From positions 98,834-162,833 of the forward strand of contig JBBADV010000005.1 of assembly GCA_041656295.1 (NCBI GenBank): a DNA stretch of 64,000 nucleotides. Direction: 5' to 3'. This stretch comes from Kiritimatiellales bacterium (lineage in GTDB: Bacteria > Verrucomicrobiota > Kiritimatiellia > Kiritimatiellales > Tichowtungiaceae). The notes beneath the pieces are model-generated. The model did not search any database and was not told the origin of the DNA. It worked only from the letters and a program-made list of their open reading frames with translations. Both the position numbers and the translations under genes were made by a program. Positions 63,409-64,000 of this stretch are shown here, piece after piece. How positions within the stretch are numbered: position 1 is the stretch's first letter; each line of letters opens with the position of its first letter.

Positions 63409-63638
63409 TCCGCATCGATCCGCTTATTCTGATCACGTTCCCGCTCGCCGGCGCGCTGTTTTTTCTGCTGTTCGCCGCCGTGTTCTACGACATCGTTGTT
63501 TTCCGGCAGCGTAAAAGAAATAAAAGTAAAATTATTTATCACTGCACACACTGCGGATATATCTACACGGAGATCCGCCGGATTCCCCTCGCCCGCTGCC
63601 CCGAATGCGAGACCCGGAATCCGCCGTTTAAAAATTAA
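63405..63638 (+). CDS. Membrane-anchored CxxC...CxxC zinc-ribbon protein (77 aa)
   Basis: ORF trimmed to MIRIDPLIL (ATGA overlap), one TM helix, then HCTHCGY...(13 aa)...CPEC. Confidence 0.5.
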   Translation: MIRIDPLILITFPLAGALFFLLFAAVFYDIVVFRQRKRNKSKIIYHCTHCGYIYTEIRRIPLARCPECETRNPPFKN

Positions 63639-63643
63639 GTTTT

Positions 63644-64000
63644 TTAGATTTTTTCAATTTTCTTTAGAAATTGTGCCGGCGTAACAATCTGAATTTTTTC
63701 CCATTGTTTTATTTGTAATAAATGCGCGTCACCGGAAACAATAAAATGTGCATCTGCTTCTAAGGCACACTCCAGAATACGGTCATCATCCGGGTCTGAA
63801 CAAACACCGGAAATTGTCCGGCGCGGGGTCACAACGTGAAAAAGATCATGTAATTCCCTTACAATAAGAAATGCCTGCTCTGCGCTTAATCCGAATTTTT
63901 TACGCAAAAGAACATCACGGACCTCATCCATGACCGGCAGCGAGGTAAAACATACAACGCTTCCATCCATGACAGGATTGAAAATGCGGGCGGGAATTCC
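63644..64000 (-). CDS. PIN-domain toxin-like protein (TIGR00305-type), 5' end outside the window
   Basis: S.PVMDE...VL.RKKF, and CSDPDDDRILECALEADAHFIVSGDAHLL are typical of putative PIN-family toxins. The reading frame stays open to the window edge. Confidence 0.65.
   Translation of the reverse strand, partial: GIPARIFNPVMDGSVVCFTSLPVMDEVRDVLLRKKFGLSAEQAFLIVRELHDLFHVVTPRRTISGVCSDPDDDRILECALEADAHFIVSGDAHLLQIKQWEKIQIVTPAQFLKKIEKI

Overview
A 64 kb chromosomal segment at about 55-60% GC, probably from a PVC-superphylum bacterium (Verrucomicrobiota, Kiritimatiellota or Lentisphaerota). That guess rests on three PEP-CTERM-anchored secreted proteins, an FGE/sulfatase-modifying-domain giant protein and a complete MoxR-DUF58-BatA-BatB-BatC-BatD aerotolerance operon. 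All family calls come from motifs read by eye; no search was run.

Housekeeping content:
- Single genes: argS, mutS, galE, thrH, trmL.
- The block dnaB-rplI-rpsR-ssb-rpsF-pth-rplY-prs.
- tRNA-Val(CAC), tRNA-Ala(GGC) and tRNA-Gln(UUG).
- An ABC-F ATPase, an RRM RNA-binding protein, an ArnT-like plus GT2 glycosylation pair and larE-larB.
- A TonB-dependent receptor locus and an ExbB/ExbD-type cluster.

Mobile DNA:
- Three IS1595-family elements: two intact, one frameshifted.
- An IS200-like element whose tnpA has no usable start codon.
- A tyrosine-integrase stump next to tRNA-Ala.
- A degenerate rve transposase.

The most unusual signal is a pervasive repeat vocabulary of short tandem words such as CGCAGAT, AATCGGA, CACGAA and CGCGGAT. 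It appears in three forms:
- Hairpins in operon spacers.
- A 315-365 bp mosaic foldback element, with three full copies and one partial.
- Inverted arms bracketing two selfish-looking ORFs, one 23S-IVS/four-helix-bundle (Avd-like) and one GxxExxY PD-(D/E)XK-like. Both are spliced into the Bat operon while keeping translational coupling, and the arms are partly absorbed into host coding sequence.

Other points: an A5-run frame break in the FGE protein, a larC remnant in an insertion-rich stretch, an ABC-F 3' ghost and a zinc-ribbon/PTS-EIIA fusion. No CRISPR array, rRNA or prophage was seen.
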